Positions 7,330 through 15,418 of a DNA stretch of 40,735 nucleotides are shown here, one piece after another. Origin of the DNA: a virus (lineage: Duplodnaviria; Caudoviricetes). The stretch spans positions 1 through 40,735 of the IMG/VR virus record IMGVR_UViG_3300010362_000047; one strand, 5' to 3'. The notes beneath the pieces were generated by a model. It searched no databases and was not told the DNA's origin. It saw only the letters and a program-made list of their open reading frames with translations. The stretch's first letter is position 1. Each line of letters opens with the position of its first letter. Both the position numbers and the translations under genes were made by a program.

Positions 7330-7872
7330 ATGCCTAACGGAAACGGAAGCGGAAACAACGAAGAGACCCTCACCATTCAAGAGGTACAATTCAAGGTCCG
7401 ACCCTGGCCGAAATACAAGGCCGGCGATATTCTTAAGGACAACGAAGCCGGGGCACTCAACCAAACCTTCCTTGAAAACCTTCGCAACAACTTCTCAAAG
7501 ACTGTGAAGGAGGGCAAGGAGGCTGAGGTCGGCATCGAAATACTCCAACAGCAGTTCGATGACTACGTCTCCGAGTACGAGTTCGGCGAGCGGCGATCCG
7601 GAGGCTTCCGTGGCGATCCTGTCATGACGCTGGCGATGAATGTCGCTCGCGAACTCATCAGGAACACCATCAAGGCCAAAGGTCTCAACACCGATGACTT
7701 CCCGGCGCAGCGTATCACCCAGGCTGCAAAGGCACTTCTTGATGCCCAGGGAGAAAACGGCAAGATCGTGACCACCGCTCGTGAACGAGTAGCCGCCGAA
7801 CAAGAAGCTGCCAGAGCGGCGATGACCGAAGTTGAGGACATCCTCAATGCGTCGCCAGAGGCGGCCGAATGA
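7330..7872 (+). CDS. Hypothetical helical phage protein (own promoter and terminator)
   Basis: AGGAG RBS; 180 aa; YEFGERR...DPV motif. Confidence 0.8.
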   Translation: MPNGNGSGNNEETLTIQEVQFKVRPWPKYKAGDILKDNEAGALNQTFLENLRNNFSKTVKEGKEAEVGIEILQQQFDDYVSEYEFGERRSGGFRGDPVMTLAMNVARELIRNTIKAKGLNTDDFPAQRITQAAKALLDAQGENGKIVTTARERVAAEQEAARAAMTEVEDILNASPEAAE

Positions 7873-7879
7873 TCCAACT

Positions 7880-7914
7880 AGAGGGAAGGGTGATCCCCTG
7901 GCATCCTTCCCTCT
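7880..7914 (+). terminator. Hairpin, terminator-like
   Basis: AGAGGGAAGGGTG...CATCCTTCCCTCT. Confidence 0.5.
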
Positions 7915-7935
7915 CCTTCCCCCATGGAGGCCTCA

Positions 7936-8127
7936 ATGGATCGCATAAACCCTACCGAACTTGGCGCACTGGTTGAATTGTTAGCCATCAGGCTCTACGA
8001 ACACGACCATGACGGCTGGCCAGCCAGTGGCCACAACGTCCCTTGGATGCAACTCGCGGATGTTGACCGACAGCACTACCGTGACATCGCTTCAGGCACC
8101 GTCCCCTATCCAGAACCAGACGCATGA
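7936..8127 (+). CDS. Hypothetical protein
   Basis: GGAGG RBS; MDRINPTELG... Confidence 0.6.
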   Translation: MDRINPTELGALVELLAIRLYEHDHDGWPASGHNVPWMQLADVDRQHYRDIASGTVPYPEPDA

Positions 8128-8316
8128 CCGAGCACGAACGCGTCGCCGCCTGCGGCCATCATGAAGCTTCAGGACGACCGGACCGACATGGTGCCAGAGA
8201 TAATCGCGGCCTCGTTCGCTGCCTCGGCACAATGCCGGGCTGGGCCTGTTGGACTTCCGTGAAGCGAGCCACGAACAGTGGCCTCCGCCATAACCCCTAT
8301 GTGGAAGAACTATTAC

Positions 8317-8559
8317 ATGTGGAAGAAATATCTCAAATCGAAGGCTCAGGAGATGCGGCCTTATCTCCAGGACGAAGTCCTCAGCGGCAAGATATCCATC
8401 TCCGATACCGACCGCCAAGCTGGCTCACCGAAAGTCGGCGATATGATAGCCCGCAATCCGATAGACCACGATGATCAATGGTTGGTCTCCGAAGAATTCT
8501 TCCGCGACAACTACATCGCACTGGATTCCCTCGAAACCTTAGGAGAACCACATGAGTGA
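8317..8559 (+). CDS. Small protein with GDMIARNP motif; PGDYG/Acb4/Tad2-like fold candidate
   Basis: KKY...EMRPY...GSPKVGDMIARNP..HDDQWLV..FF.DNY; start may be 8299 or 8317. Confidence 0.65.
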   Translation: MWKKYLKSKAQEMRPYLQDEVLSGKISISDTDRQAGSPKVGDMIARNPIDHDDQWLVSEEFFRDNYIALDSLETLGEPHE

Positions 8560-8986
8560 CCGCAAATTCCTGGACCACAATAAGCTGAGAATTCATAAGT
8601 GGGAATGGGATGGCCTCATCAAATTCCTCGAAAATGCTCCAAAGCTCCACCATCAACTTGAGGCAGAGTTGTACCCTGAGGAGGGGCTGTTCTTCAACCT
8701 CGGAACTATGGCCAGAAAGTTCAAGATCGACCACGGAGCCGTCTTCTCCTGTTGCACCGCCGCCTGCATCGGCGGTCACGTAGCCCTTTACAATGGAATG
8801 AGTGTCGTCGAGGCCTACAACTACGTCACCACTAATCAATACAAGAGACTTCACAACCTATATTATCCACCTGATGTAGTCTTCGATACCGTTTCTCCGA
8901 AAGAGGCTGCTGCAGTCGTCCTCAACTTCTTACTCACTGGCGTGATCGATTGGTACGAGGTCCGCCACAGACAACGAGAACACTGA
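8552..8986 (+). CDS. Hypothetical protein with CTAACIGG motif
   Basis: AGGAG RBS; C(G)TAAC(I)xG motif recurrent in phage proteins. Confidence 0.7.
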   Translation: MSDRKFLDHNKLRIHKWEWDGLIKFLENAPKLHHQLEAELYPEEGLFFNLGTMARKFKIDHGAVFSCCTAACIGGHVALYNGMSVVEAYNYVTTNQYKRLHNLYYPPDVVFDTVSPKEAAAVVLNFLLTGVIDWYEVRHRQREH

Positions 8987-9201
8987 TGTCTACGTTAGAA
9001 CTTTGGTACCAGGCCCTTCACTCTGAGTTCGGGATCGAAATTCAGGCCTCGAACCCGGAGGACGCCCGGCTCAAACTTTACGCCGAGCGCAGAAAGGTCC
9101 AGGACTCGGACCTCGATGGCATCTCTATATGCCGTTCGCCCTTCGATCCTGAACGGCTATGGCTTGTGAAGAGGAAACCCGCCAATGGCGAGAAAACCTG
9201 A
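8986..9201 (+). CDS. Hypothetical protein
   Basis: TGATG coupling. Confidence 0.65.
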   Translation: MSTLELWYQALHSEFGIEIQASNPEDARLKLYAERRKVQDSDLDGISICRSPFDPERLWLVKRKPANGEKT

Positions 9202-9385
9202 AGATCACCCCATAGTGAAACACACCCTCAATCTCTATCAGGGAGATTACGAGACACTTCAGGAATGGTACGGCAGACGTATTGGCGCGGCGAAGATAGT
9301 CCGTGACCTCGTCCGCGCCCACATCATGAAAGTTCGAGGAGAGGCTGAGCAGCGTCATGAAAGACAAAATCGGGCTACAGAATGA
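9185..9385 (+). CDS. Ribbon-helix-helix-like DNA-binding protein
   Basis: KHTLNL strand followed by two helices (...AAKIVRDLVRAHI). Confidence 0.55.
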   Translation: MARKPEDHPIVKHTLNLYQGDYETLQEWYGRRIGAAKIVRDLVRAHIMKVRGEAEQRHERQNRATE

Positions 9386-9539
9386 GGAGTTCGATGCCAT
9401 CGCTCTCCTTGCAAAGACGTACAACATCCTCATGAGTGTTGCTGTAGTTGATGATGACTATCCAACATTCAGGAAACGCTACGAGGACGCGATGGCCCTC
9501 TTCATTAAGGCCATCCGTGCCAATGGGAGGATAACTTGA
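9357..9539 (+). CDS. Hypothetical protein
   Basis: GGAGAGG RBS; coupled to neighbours. Confidence 0.55.
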   Translation: MKDKIGLQNEEFDAIALLAKTYNILMSVAVVDDDYPTFRKRYEDAMALFIKAIRANGRIT

Positions 9540-9736
9540 CAGAAGCAACCGACCTGTCCGAGTTGTTCGAGCGCGATCCACTCCAACTCACTAACGACGA
9601 TATCGCCTCGATCATTGCAGTTATGCGTCAACACCTCGCCCAATTCGAGTTGGGTATCAAGAAGCCGGTCGCTGAGCGTAAACGCACCTCGAAAGCCACC
9701 GATCTTCTTAAGGAGTTGGGGCTCGACAAGTCATGA
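9536..9736 (+). CDS. Hypothetical protein ending in LLKELGL
   Basis: GGAGG RBS, TTG start overlapping upstream TGA. Confidence 0.65.
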   Translation: MTEATDLSELFERDPLQLTNDDIASIIAVMRQHLAQFELGIKKPVAERKRTSKATDLLKELGLDKS

Positions 9737-9831
9737 TCGCCGCAATGTCTCAGTGGGAATCGGCCTTCTGGCTGGGCATAGTGTTTGGTTTTGCCGGCCT
9801 CTGCCTCCTCCTCTTCTATAGGAGCAAGTGA
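9733..9831 (+). CDS. 32-aa membrane peptide (MIAAMSQWESAFWLGIVFGFAGLCLLLFYRSK)
   Basis: Hand-translated; ATGA and TGATG coupling on both sides. Confidence 0.55.
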   Translation: MIAAMSQWESAFWLGIVFGFAGLCLLLFYRSK

Positions 9832-10754
9832 TGGCGCAGTCTCCGTTTGTCGAAGGAACTGATGTTCAATGGGCTTGGGATTCCACTTCGTTGGGTTGGT
9901 TCAAGGAGTGCCCCTACAAATATTACCTCCACATGATTGAGGGCTGGCGTTACCGCGGCGAAAGCGTTCACCTAGACTTTGGCATCTTCTACCACCAATC
10001 TCTTGAGGCTTACGACCGAGCCAAAGCCAAAGGCCTCCCTCACGAGCAATGCCTTCATATCGCGGTTCGGATAGCTATGGAGGCAACGTGGATAGACGGT
10101 AAACCGTGGCGCCTCTCAAAGACCCTCGACCTCTCCGACCGAAACTCAGTTAAATGCCGCGAAAACCTCATCCGCTCAGTCGTTTGGTACCTCGAAAAGT
10201 TCCAACACGACACCGCTGAACTCATAATCAAGAACGGTATGCCGGCCCTCGAACAACACTTCCTCGTGGACATCGGAGAGCGAGATGGAATTCCCTATGC
10301 CCTATGCGGATATCTTGACAAGGGTGTTACTTTTGGTGGTATTGCTTTCACAATGGATAGAAAAACTACCGCAACAACTCTTGGTGATAATTATTATGGC
10401 CGCTTTGATCCTGATAATCAGATGTCTTTATACACCGTCGTAGCTCGGATAATCCGCAAGGAGCCTATTCAGGGCGTTATTGTCGATGCCTGTCAAGTAG
10501 CAGTTGGGTTCTCTCGCTTCGGCCGCAGCATAGTCCAAAAAACCAGCGAACAACTCGAGGAGTGGATGACCGACCTCGATTATTGGCTCGCCCTCGCTCG
10601 ATACTACGCCCACCATAAATATTGGCCGCGGAACGACAAGTCATGTTTCCTCTGCTCTTTTAATAAGATATGCCGCAAATCACCCTCTGTCCGACGCAAA
10701 TTCCTCGAGTCCGACTACGAGCACCGCCCTTGGAACCCATTGGAGTTACGCTAA
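9831..10754 (+). CDS. PD-(D/E)XK (Cas4/RecB-like) exonuclease
   Basis: ECPYKY, FG..YH, LEQ, GYLD...DRKTT, QMSLY, C-x2-C-x5-C C-terminal cluster. Confidence 0.85.
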   Translation: MAQSPFVEGTDVQWAWDSTSLGWFKECPYKYYLHMIEGWRYRGESVHLDFGIFYHQSLEAYDRAKAKGLPHEQCLHIAVRIAMEATWIDGKPWRLSKTLDLSDRNSVKCRENLIRSVVWYLEKFQHDTAELIIKNGMPALEQHFLVDIGERDGIPYALCGYLDKGVTFGGIAFTMDRKTTATTLGDNYYGRFDPDNQMSLYTVVARIIRKEPIQGVIVDACQVAVGFSRFGRSIVQKTSEQLEEWMTDLDYWLALARYYAHHKYWPRNDKSCFLCSFNKICRKSPSVRRKFLESDYEHRPWNPLELR

Positions 10755-10975
10755 TGGATTACGAACCCTACGTCGACCCGAAGTATCGCAAAGTCTTGAA
10801 AGCCCTCTCTCGATTAGTAGACGTAGCTATCAAGGCCGAGGGTGGACTCATCATAATCCTCACGGACGAAGGCAACATAAATTTCACGGCTACCCTCGAA
10901 CGCAATGAAGTCATCTCTACACTCGAACAGATTATCGAGGAACTCAAGGGAGAGTTACCACATGGGCACTCTTGA
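10754..10975 (+). CDS. Hypothetical protein
   Basis: TAATG coupling; GGAG RBS. Confidence 0.6.
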   Translation: MDYEPYVDPKYRKVLKALSRLVDVAIKAEGGLIIILTDEGNINFTATLERNEVISTLEQIIEELKGELPHGHS

Positions 10976-11792
10976 CACTCATCAATCGGGCGACTTCACC
11001 AAACTTCTCTTCATTGGTGACTCTAAGTCCGGCAAAACCGGGGCGCTCGCCAGCCTTGTCCTTGCAGGCTACAAACTTCGTATCCTCGATTACGATAACG
11101 GTCTGGACATTCTCGCCCAGATCATAGCCCGAGATAAACCTGAACTCCTTAAAAACGTGGACTTCAGGACACTCCGGGACAAACTTCGTGCAACGCCAAC
11201 AGGGAGCGTAGTTGATGGCACACCTACTGCCTTCATCGAAGGCCTGCGTCTTCTCGACAACTGGAAGTACGATGGAACTGACTTGGGTAAACCAGCGGAA
11301 TGGGGAGAGGATTGCATCCTTGTCTTGGACTCTCTTACGTTCATGTCGGACGCGGCATTCAGATTCCGGGAGCCTTTGGTACCCAAATCAAAAGACGGAA
11401 AGTATGACGTCCGAGCCGTCTATAAAGATGCACAAGATGGGATTGAAGACGTACTGGCTCTACTTACTGGTGAGACTTTTCGCACGAATGTCATAGTCAT
11501 CTCCCACGTCCGCTACGTTGACAATCCAGATGGCACCAAAAAAGGATATCCTACCGCTATCGGCTCAGCACTTTCGCCGCAAATTCCTCGTTACTTCAAT
11601 TCGGTGGCACTCTGCCAAACCCAAGCCGGTCGACGCACTATCCAAACGGTAGCAACTGCAATGATCGACTTGGCCAATCCTGCGACCTTCAAGATGCTCC
11701 CAACACTGCCGATTGAGTCGGGGCTCGCCACATACTTTGCAACCCTACGCGGTAGGACCGGGCCGCGTAACGTAGTCTCTATCCGGTCATAA
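10962..11792 (+). CDS. AAA_24/Sak4-like ATPase (putative ssDNA annealing/recombination)
   Basis: GDSKSGKT Walker A, LVLDSLT Walker B, VIVISH; sits between a nuclease and an SSB-like gene. Confidence 0.8.
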   Translation: MGTLDTHQSGDFTKLLFIGDSKSGKTGALASLVLAGYKLRILDYDNGLDILAQIIARDKPELLKNVDFRTLRDKLRATPTGSVVDGTPTAFIEGLRLLDNWKYDGTDLGKPAEWGEDCILVLDSLTFMSDAAFRFREPLVPKSKDGKYDVRAVYKDAQDGIEDVLALLTGETFRTNVIVISHVRYVDNPDGTKKGYPTAIGSALSPQIPRYFNSVALCQTQAGRRTIQTVATAMIDLANPATFKMLPTLPIESGLATYFATLRGRTGPRNVVSIRS

Positions 11793-11802
11793 GGAGTCGA
11801 AG

Positions 11803-12063
11803 ATGGAATACAAGATAACTATTCATAAGGAGATAACGGTCAACGTCGAAAAAGACTCATCAATATACGAGTACGTTGTCGATACCCTCAAAGATAACGG
11901 AGTGGAGGGAAAACCCTCCAAAGAGGATATGCTCCTCGTACTTCAGTCGCTCGCCAGCGAAGACTTCGATACCTTCACTGATGGTGAAGAGATCAACGCG
12001 GAAATGGACGTAACTATCGATATCATCAGCACTACGGGCTTGCCCTCTATCAAACCGGAGTAA
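11803..12063 (+). CDS. Acidic hypothetical protein
   Basis: AGGAG RBS; D/E-rich. Confidence 0.65.
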   Translation: MEYKITIHKEITVNVEKDSSIYEYVVDTLKDNGVEGKPSKEDMLLVLQSLASEDFDTFTDGEEINAEMDVTIDIISTTGLPSIKPE

Positions 12064-12067
12064 CACC

Positions 12068-12496
12068 ATGGCCTCCTTCGAAGAAATCATGAACAAACCC
12101 GCATCTGAAATACAACCACCTCCCGCTTTTCCTGTCGGTACATACCACTGCATAATCGATGGACCTCCCGAATTCGTCAAGTCCTCCCAAAAAGGGACGG
12201 ACGGAGTTCGGTTCAGGTATCGGATCATGTCTCCGCTAGAGGACGTCGATCAGGCCGCCTACATGGAGGGTCAAGTAGCCGGCAAAACTATTCAGGACGA
12301 TGTTTGGGTCACAGATGGTTCGGCATGGCGCCTAAAGGACCTCCTCGTGGAGAACCTCGGCATCTCAGAGAACCTCACCATGAAACAACAGTTAATGGAG
12401 GCACCCGGCAAGAGCGTCCTTGTCAAACTGAAACACCAGATTTCTGATGACGGGAAACGAGTCTTCCACCGTGTGGAATCGACTGCGCGCGCCTGA
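12068..12496 (+). CDS. DUF669-like OB-fold ssDNA-binding protein
   Basis: P.GTYHCII..., SSQKGT, GKTIQD..W, GKSVLVKLKH; context next to Sak4-like ATPase. Confidence 0.65.
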   Translation: MASFEEIMNKPASEIQPPPAFPVGTYHCIIDGPPEFVKSSQKGTDGVRFRYRIMSPLEDVDQAAYMEGQVAGKTIQDDVWVTDGSAWRLKDLLVENLGISENLTMKQQLMEAPGKSVLVKLKHQISDDGKRVFHRVESTARA

Positions 12497-12520
12497 GCTT
12501 CGACTCCCAGGCGTCGCGTA

Positions 12521-12562
12521 GGGCGGCGGCGGGCGGAGCCCCACTTGGTCCGTCGCCGACCC
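12521..12562 (+). terminator. GC-rich hairpin immediately 5' of the tRNA-like element
   Basis: GGGCGGCGGCGGGC...GTCCGTCGCCGACCC. Confidence 0.45.
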
Positions 12563-12564
12563 TT

Positions 12565-12637
12565 GCCTCCGTAGCTCAACTGGTAGAGCGATCTTGGTTA
12601 CTCTTGGTAGATACAGGTTCGACTCCTGTCGGAGGCT
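12565..12637 (+). tRNA. tRNA-like element / pseudo-tRNA (anticodon arm unpaired; no encoded CCA)
   Basis: Acceptor GCCTCCG/CGGAGGC, D arm GCTC-AACTGGTA-GAGC, T arm ACAGG-TTCGACT-CCTGT; canonical 73-nt length. Confidence 0.75.
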
Positions 12638-12670
12638 CAATACGCATCGTTACGAAATGTAACAAGCCAT

Positions 12671-12979
12671 ATGGAGTTCGCCATGCGTAAGACCTGCAAA
12701 TTCACACCTGAGGACCCAGACTATCCAGAACAAATGAGCAAACTCCTCCTCAAAGTTGGAAGGACCTTCAACGGAGTGACCATAGACGACACTCTCCTAG
12801 TTTTGGGAAAGCTGTCAGCATGCATCCTCGAAAGATATTACTCGGAAATGACCGAGCGAGAAGCAGAATATGCCAAATATATTTCCTACATAGCTAAGGA
12901 GGCAAATTTGTCTGCCTTCGTCGTGACAAAAAAGGAGATTGAAAATGACATCGGGCCACTTCCACCGACTCCCCACTGA
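12671..12979 (+). CDS. Hypothetical protein
   Basis: ORF between tRNA-like element and ParB-MTase; start may be 12683. Confidence 0.6.
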   Translation: MEFAMRKTCKFTPEDPDYPEQMSKLLLKVGRTFNGVTIDDTLLVLGKLSACILERYYSEMTEREAEYAKYISYIAKEANLSAFVVTKKEIENDIGPLPPTPH

Positions 12980-14324
12980 CTCTATCCAGGTGAACCGAAA
13001 TGAACGCCAACGAAAAGACCTCACAAACATCGATGAACTCGCGGACTCCATCCGCAGGTTGGGCCTCATCCATCCAATCGTTATCACACGAGACAATGTC
13101 TTGGTGGCAGGTGAGCGTAGGCTGGCTGCGATCCGCCACCTTCGCGATCCTTTCGTTAACTGTCAATACGTGGATGAGGTTGAGCCGGACCATCTCAAAG
13201 CTATCGAACTTGAGGAAAACATAAAACGTAGAGACATAACGTGGCAGGACCAAGTCAACGCACTTCGGGCCTACCATAATCTCCGGGCTTCTAAAGAGGA
13301 GGTGTGGTCCCAAGAGAAAACCGCTGAGGCAATAGGACTCAGCAATGCCCACGTCACTCGTATGTTGCAAGTAGCCGACGAACTTGCCCTTGGCAATACT
13401 CGCGTGGCCGACGCTCCAAAGCTGTCCACAGCCCATGGCATAGTCAAACGAAAACTCGAGAGGCAGGATGCACAGACCCTCACAAAGCTTAAGGAATCGA
13501 TCATCGGTCCTCGCCTCGGCGAGGCTCCAGCGGAAACAATCCTCATCGAGGACTTCAACGTTTGGTCCACCAAGCATGTCTCGCCGCGATTCAACTTCAT
13601 TCACTGTGATTTCCCCTATGGCATTGACGTAAACGACTTCAACCAAGGCGCGGCGCCCTCCTTTGGGAGCTACACGGACTCTCCTGAGACGTGGAAGATT
13701 CTCATGGACTCCCTCAAACACACGACCATCAACCTCACTACTCCGCAAGCTCACCTCATGTTTTGGTTCGCTATGCGGAAAGGCGACAAACGCCTCTATG
13801 AGGCCACAGCAATCCGTCTCGAAGCTATGGGTTGGGACATCAATCCACTACCACTAATTTGGGTGAAAAGTGATGGATCAGGAATCATCCCAGACCCCGA
13901 ACGGGGACCAAGACAAATCTACGAGACATGTCTCTTTGGATCTAAAGGGGACCGTAAAATCGTTAGCGCAGTTAATAATGCGTACTCAGCACCCATTGAC
14001 CACAGGTTTCATATGTCTACGAAACCCGAACCAGTTCTGCGCCACTTCTTCAGGATGTTCGTTGACGAGAATACAGTTATGCTTGATCCCACCTGCGGTT
14101 CTGGAAGTGCGCTGCGAGCGGCTGATAGCCTCCATGCAAAGTTTGTACTTGGCCTCGAGATAAACCCAGAGTTTGCGGAACAGGCCCGCGAAGTATTGAA
14201 AACCGCACGAGCCTTACGGAGAGCCGATCATGAGATACATAAATCAGGAGGTCCCGTTCCGGATGTTCGGGAGCCGCCTAATAATCACACGGAAGCAAGT
14301 AGTGGAGCAACCCTGGCTCCTTGA
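12945..14324 (+). CDS. ParB/Srx N-terminal domain + HTH fused to an amino (N6A/N4C) DNA methyltransferase
   Basis: LADSIRRLGLIHPIVI...AGERRLAA...ELEENIKR (ParB); motif IV variant DFPY; H..TKP; motif I LDPTCGSGS (beta-class order). Confidence 0.88.
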   Translation: MTSGHFHRLPTDSIQVNRNERQRKDLTNIDELADSIRRLGLIHPIVITRDNVLVAGERRLAAIRHLRDPFVNCQYVDEVEPDHLKAIELEENIKRRDITWQDQVNALRAYHNLRASKEEVWSQEKTAEAIGLSNAHVTRMLQVADELALGNTRVADAPKLSTAHGIVKRKLERQDAQTLTKLKESIIGPRLGEAPAETILIEDFNVWSTKHVSPRFNFIHCDFPYGIDVNDFNQGAAPSFGSYTDSPETWKILMDSLKHTTINLTTPQAHLMFWFAMRKGDKRLYEATAIRLEAMGWDINPLPLIWVKSDGSGIIPDPERGPRQIYETCLFGSKGDRKIVSAVNNAYSAPIDHRFHMSTKPEPVLRHFFRMFVDENTVMLDPTCGSGSALRAADSLHAKFVLGLEINPEFAEQAREVLKTARALRRADHEIHKSGGPVPDVREPPNNHTEASSGATLAP

Positions 14325-14448
14325 ATTCGTCGATCACTTCAGGAGTTGCTTCACCTACCATCACAACCTTCAGTTCTGGGAGTATCATCCGACAGATGAC
14401 CAAGATAGCATTAGTCGGAGAAGCATGGGGAGAAGCGGAGGAGCGTGA
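14230..14448 (+). CDS. Possible small overlapping protein
   Basis: GGAG RBS; spans the MTase/UDG gap; no motif. Confidence 0.3.
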   Translation: MRYINQEVPFRMFGSRLIITRKQVVEQPWLLEFVDHFRSCFTYHHNLQFWEYHPTDDQDSISRRSMGRSGGA

Positions 14449-15418
14449 ACGCGCTCCATTCGTTGGCGCTGCCGGCTATCAACTTAACTCCCTTCTTAAG
14501 GACGCGGGCATTCCACGCTACGAATGCTTTCTCACAAACGTCTTCAATCTGCGGCCGAAGCCGACCAACAAAATCGATAACCTCTGTGCCAAAAAGGCGG
14601 ACGTCAGGCACAACCTTCCTGCACTTCGTCCTGGACACTACATCCGGGACGAGTTCCTTCCAGAACTCGATCGACTCTACCGCGAAATTGGAGCACTCCG
14701 TCCAAACCTCGTCGTAGCTCTCGGTGGCACAGCGTCCTGGGCACTCCTTCATGACTCGCGAATCACGAAGCTACGCGGAGCGGTCGCCACTTCCACTGTC
14801 CTTCCAGGACAGAAGGTCCTTCCAACCTTCCATCCCAGCTACATTCTCCAAGGTAGTTACGACCAGAGGCCGGTTGTGGTCCTCGATCTCCTTAAGGCCA
14901 AGCGCGAGGCCGAGTTCCCGGAGGTTCGGCGACCGCACCGCACAATCTACATCGAACCCCTTCTCTCTGAGATCGAATGGTTCATCAATACTTTCATCAT
15001 GCCATCGAAGTGTATTTCAGTCGATATCGAGACTGTAGAACGCATCATCACCTGCATCGGATTTTCGCCCTCGAAAGAAATAGCTATGGTGATCCCGTTC
15101 AGGGATCTCCGCAAGCCATCAAAGACATACTGGGGTTCGCTCGATGCTGAGGTCAAGGCGTGGGCACTTGTCCGAAAGATCCTCGACCTCCCCATTCCAA
15201 AGGTCTTCCAAAACGGCCTCTACGACATGCATTTCCTTTGGAAGATCTACGGTATCCGACCGCGAGCCGTCGAGCACGACACCATGCTTCTCCACCATGC
15301 GCTCCAACCGGAATCGCAAAAGAGTCTTGATTTCCTCGGCTCCGTTTACACGGACGAGGCCGCATGGAAACTTGTCATGCGCTCCAAAAACAAGAGCACA
15401 ATCAAGAGAGAGGAATAA
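14396..15418 (+). CDS. Uracil-DNA glycosylase-like (family 4) domain fused to the N-terminal part of a 3'-5' exonuclease; first half of a split PolA
   Basis: VGEAWG..E....PFVGAAG, TNV, VVALGGTA, PTFHPSY; then ExoI SVDIET, ExoII FQNGLYD, DTMLLHH. Confidence 0.88.
   Translation: MTKIALVGEAWGEAEERERAPFVGAAGYQLNSLLKDAGIPRYECFLTNVFNLRPKPTNKIDNLCAKKADVRHNLPALRPGHYIRDEFLPELDRLYREIGALRPNLVVALGGTASWALLHDSRITKLRGAVATSTVLPGQKVLPTFHPSYILQGSYDQRPVVVLDLLKAKREAEFPEVRRPHRTIYIEPLLSEIEWFINTFIMPSKCISVDIETVERIITCIGFSPSKEIAMVIPFRDLRKPSKTYWGSLDAEVKAWALVRKILDLPIPKVFQNGLYDMHFLWKIYGIRPRAVEHDTMLLHHALQPESQKSLDFLGSVYTDEAAWKLVMRSKNKSTIKREE

Noticed and set aside
9831-10754. CRISPR-Cas (Cas4-like nuclease)
   Set aside because: No array or other cas genes; context is a phage recombination module
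12565-12637. Functional ochre suppressor (TTA in register), tRNA-Asn(GTT) or tRNA-Thr(GGT); stop-codon recoding
   Set aside because: The anticodon stem cannot pair in any canonical register, and TAA, TAG and TGA behave as normal stops in conserved genes
12894-13754. 286-aa antisense ORF
   Set aside because: Shadow of the ParB-MTase gene; no motifs
12945-14324. Plasmid-prophage partition system
   Set aside because: The ParB domain is fused to an MTase; no ParA or Rep initiator recognised
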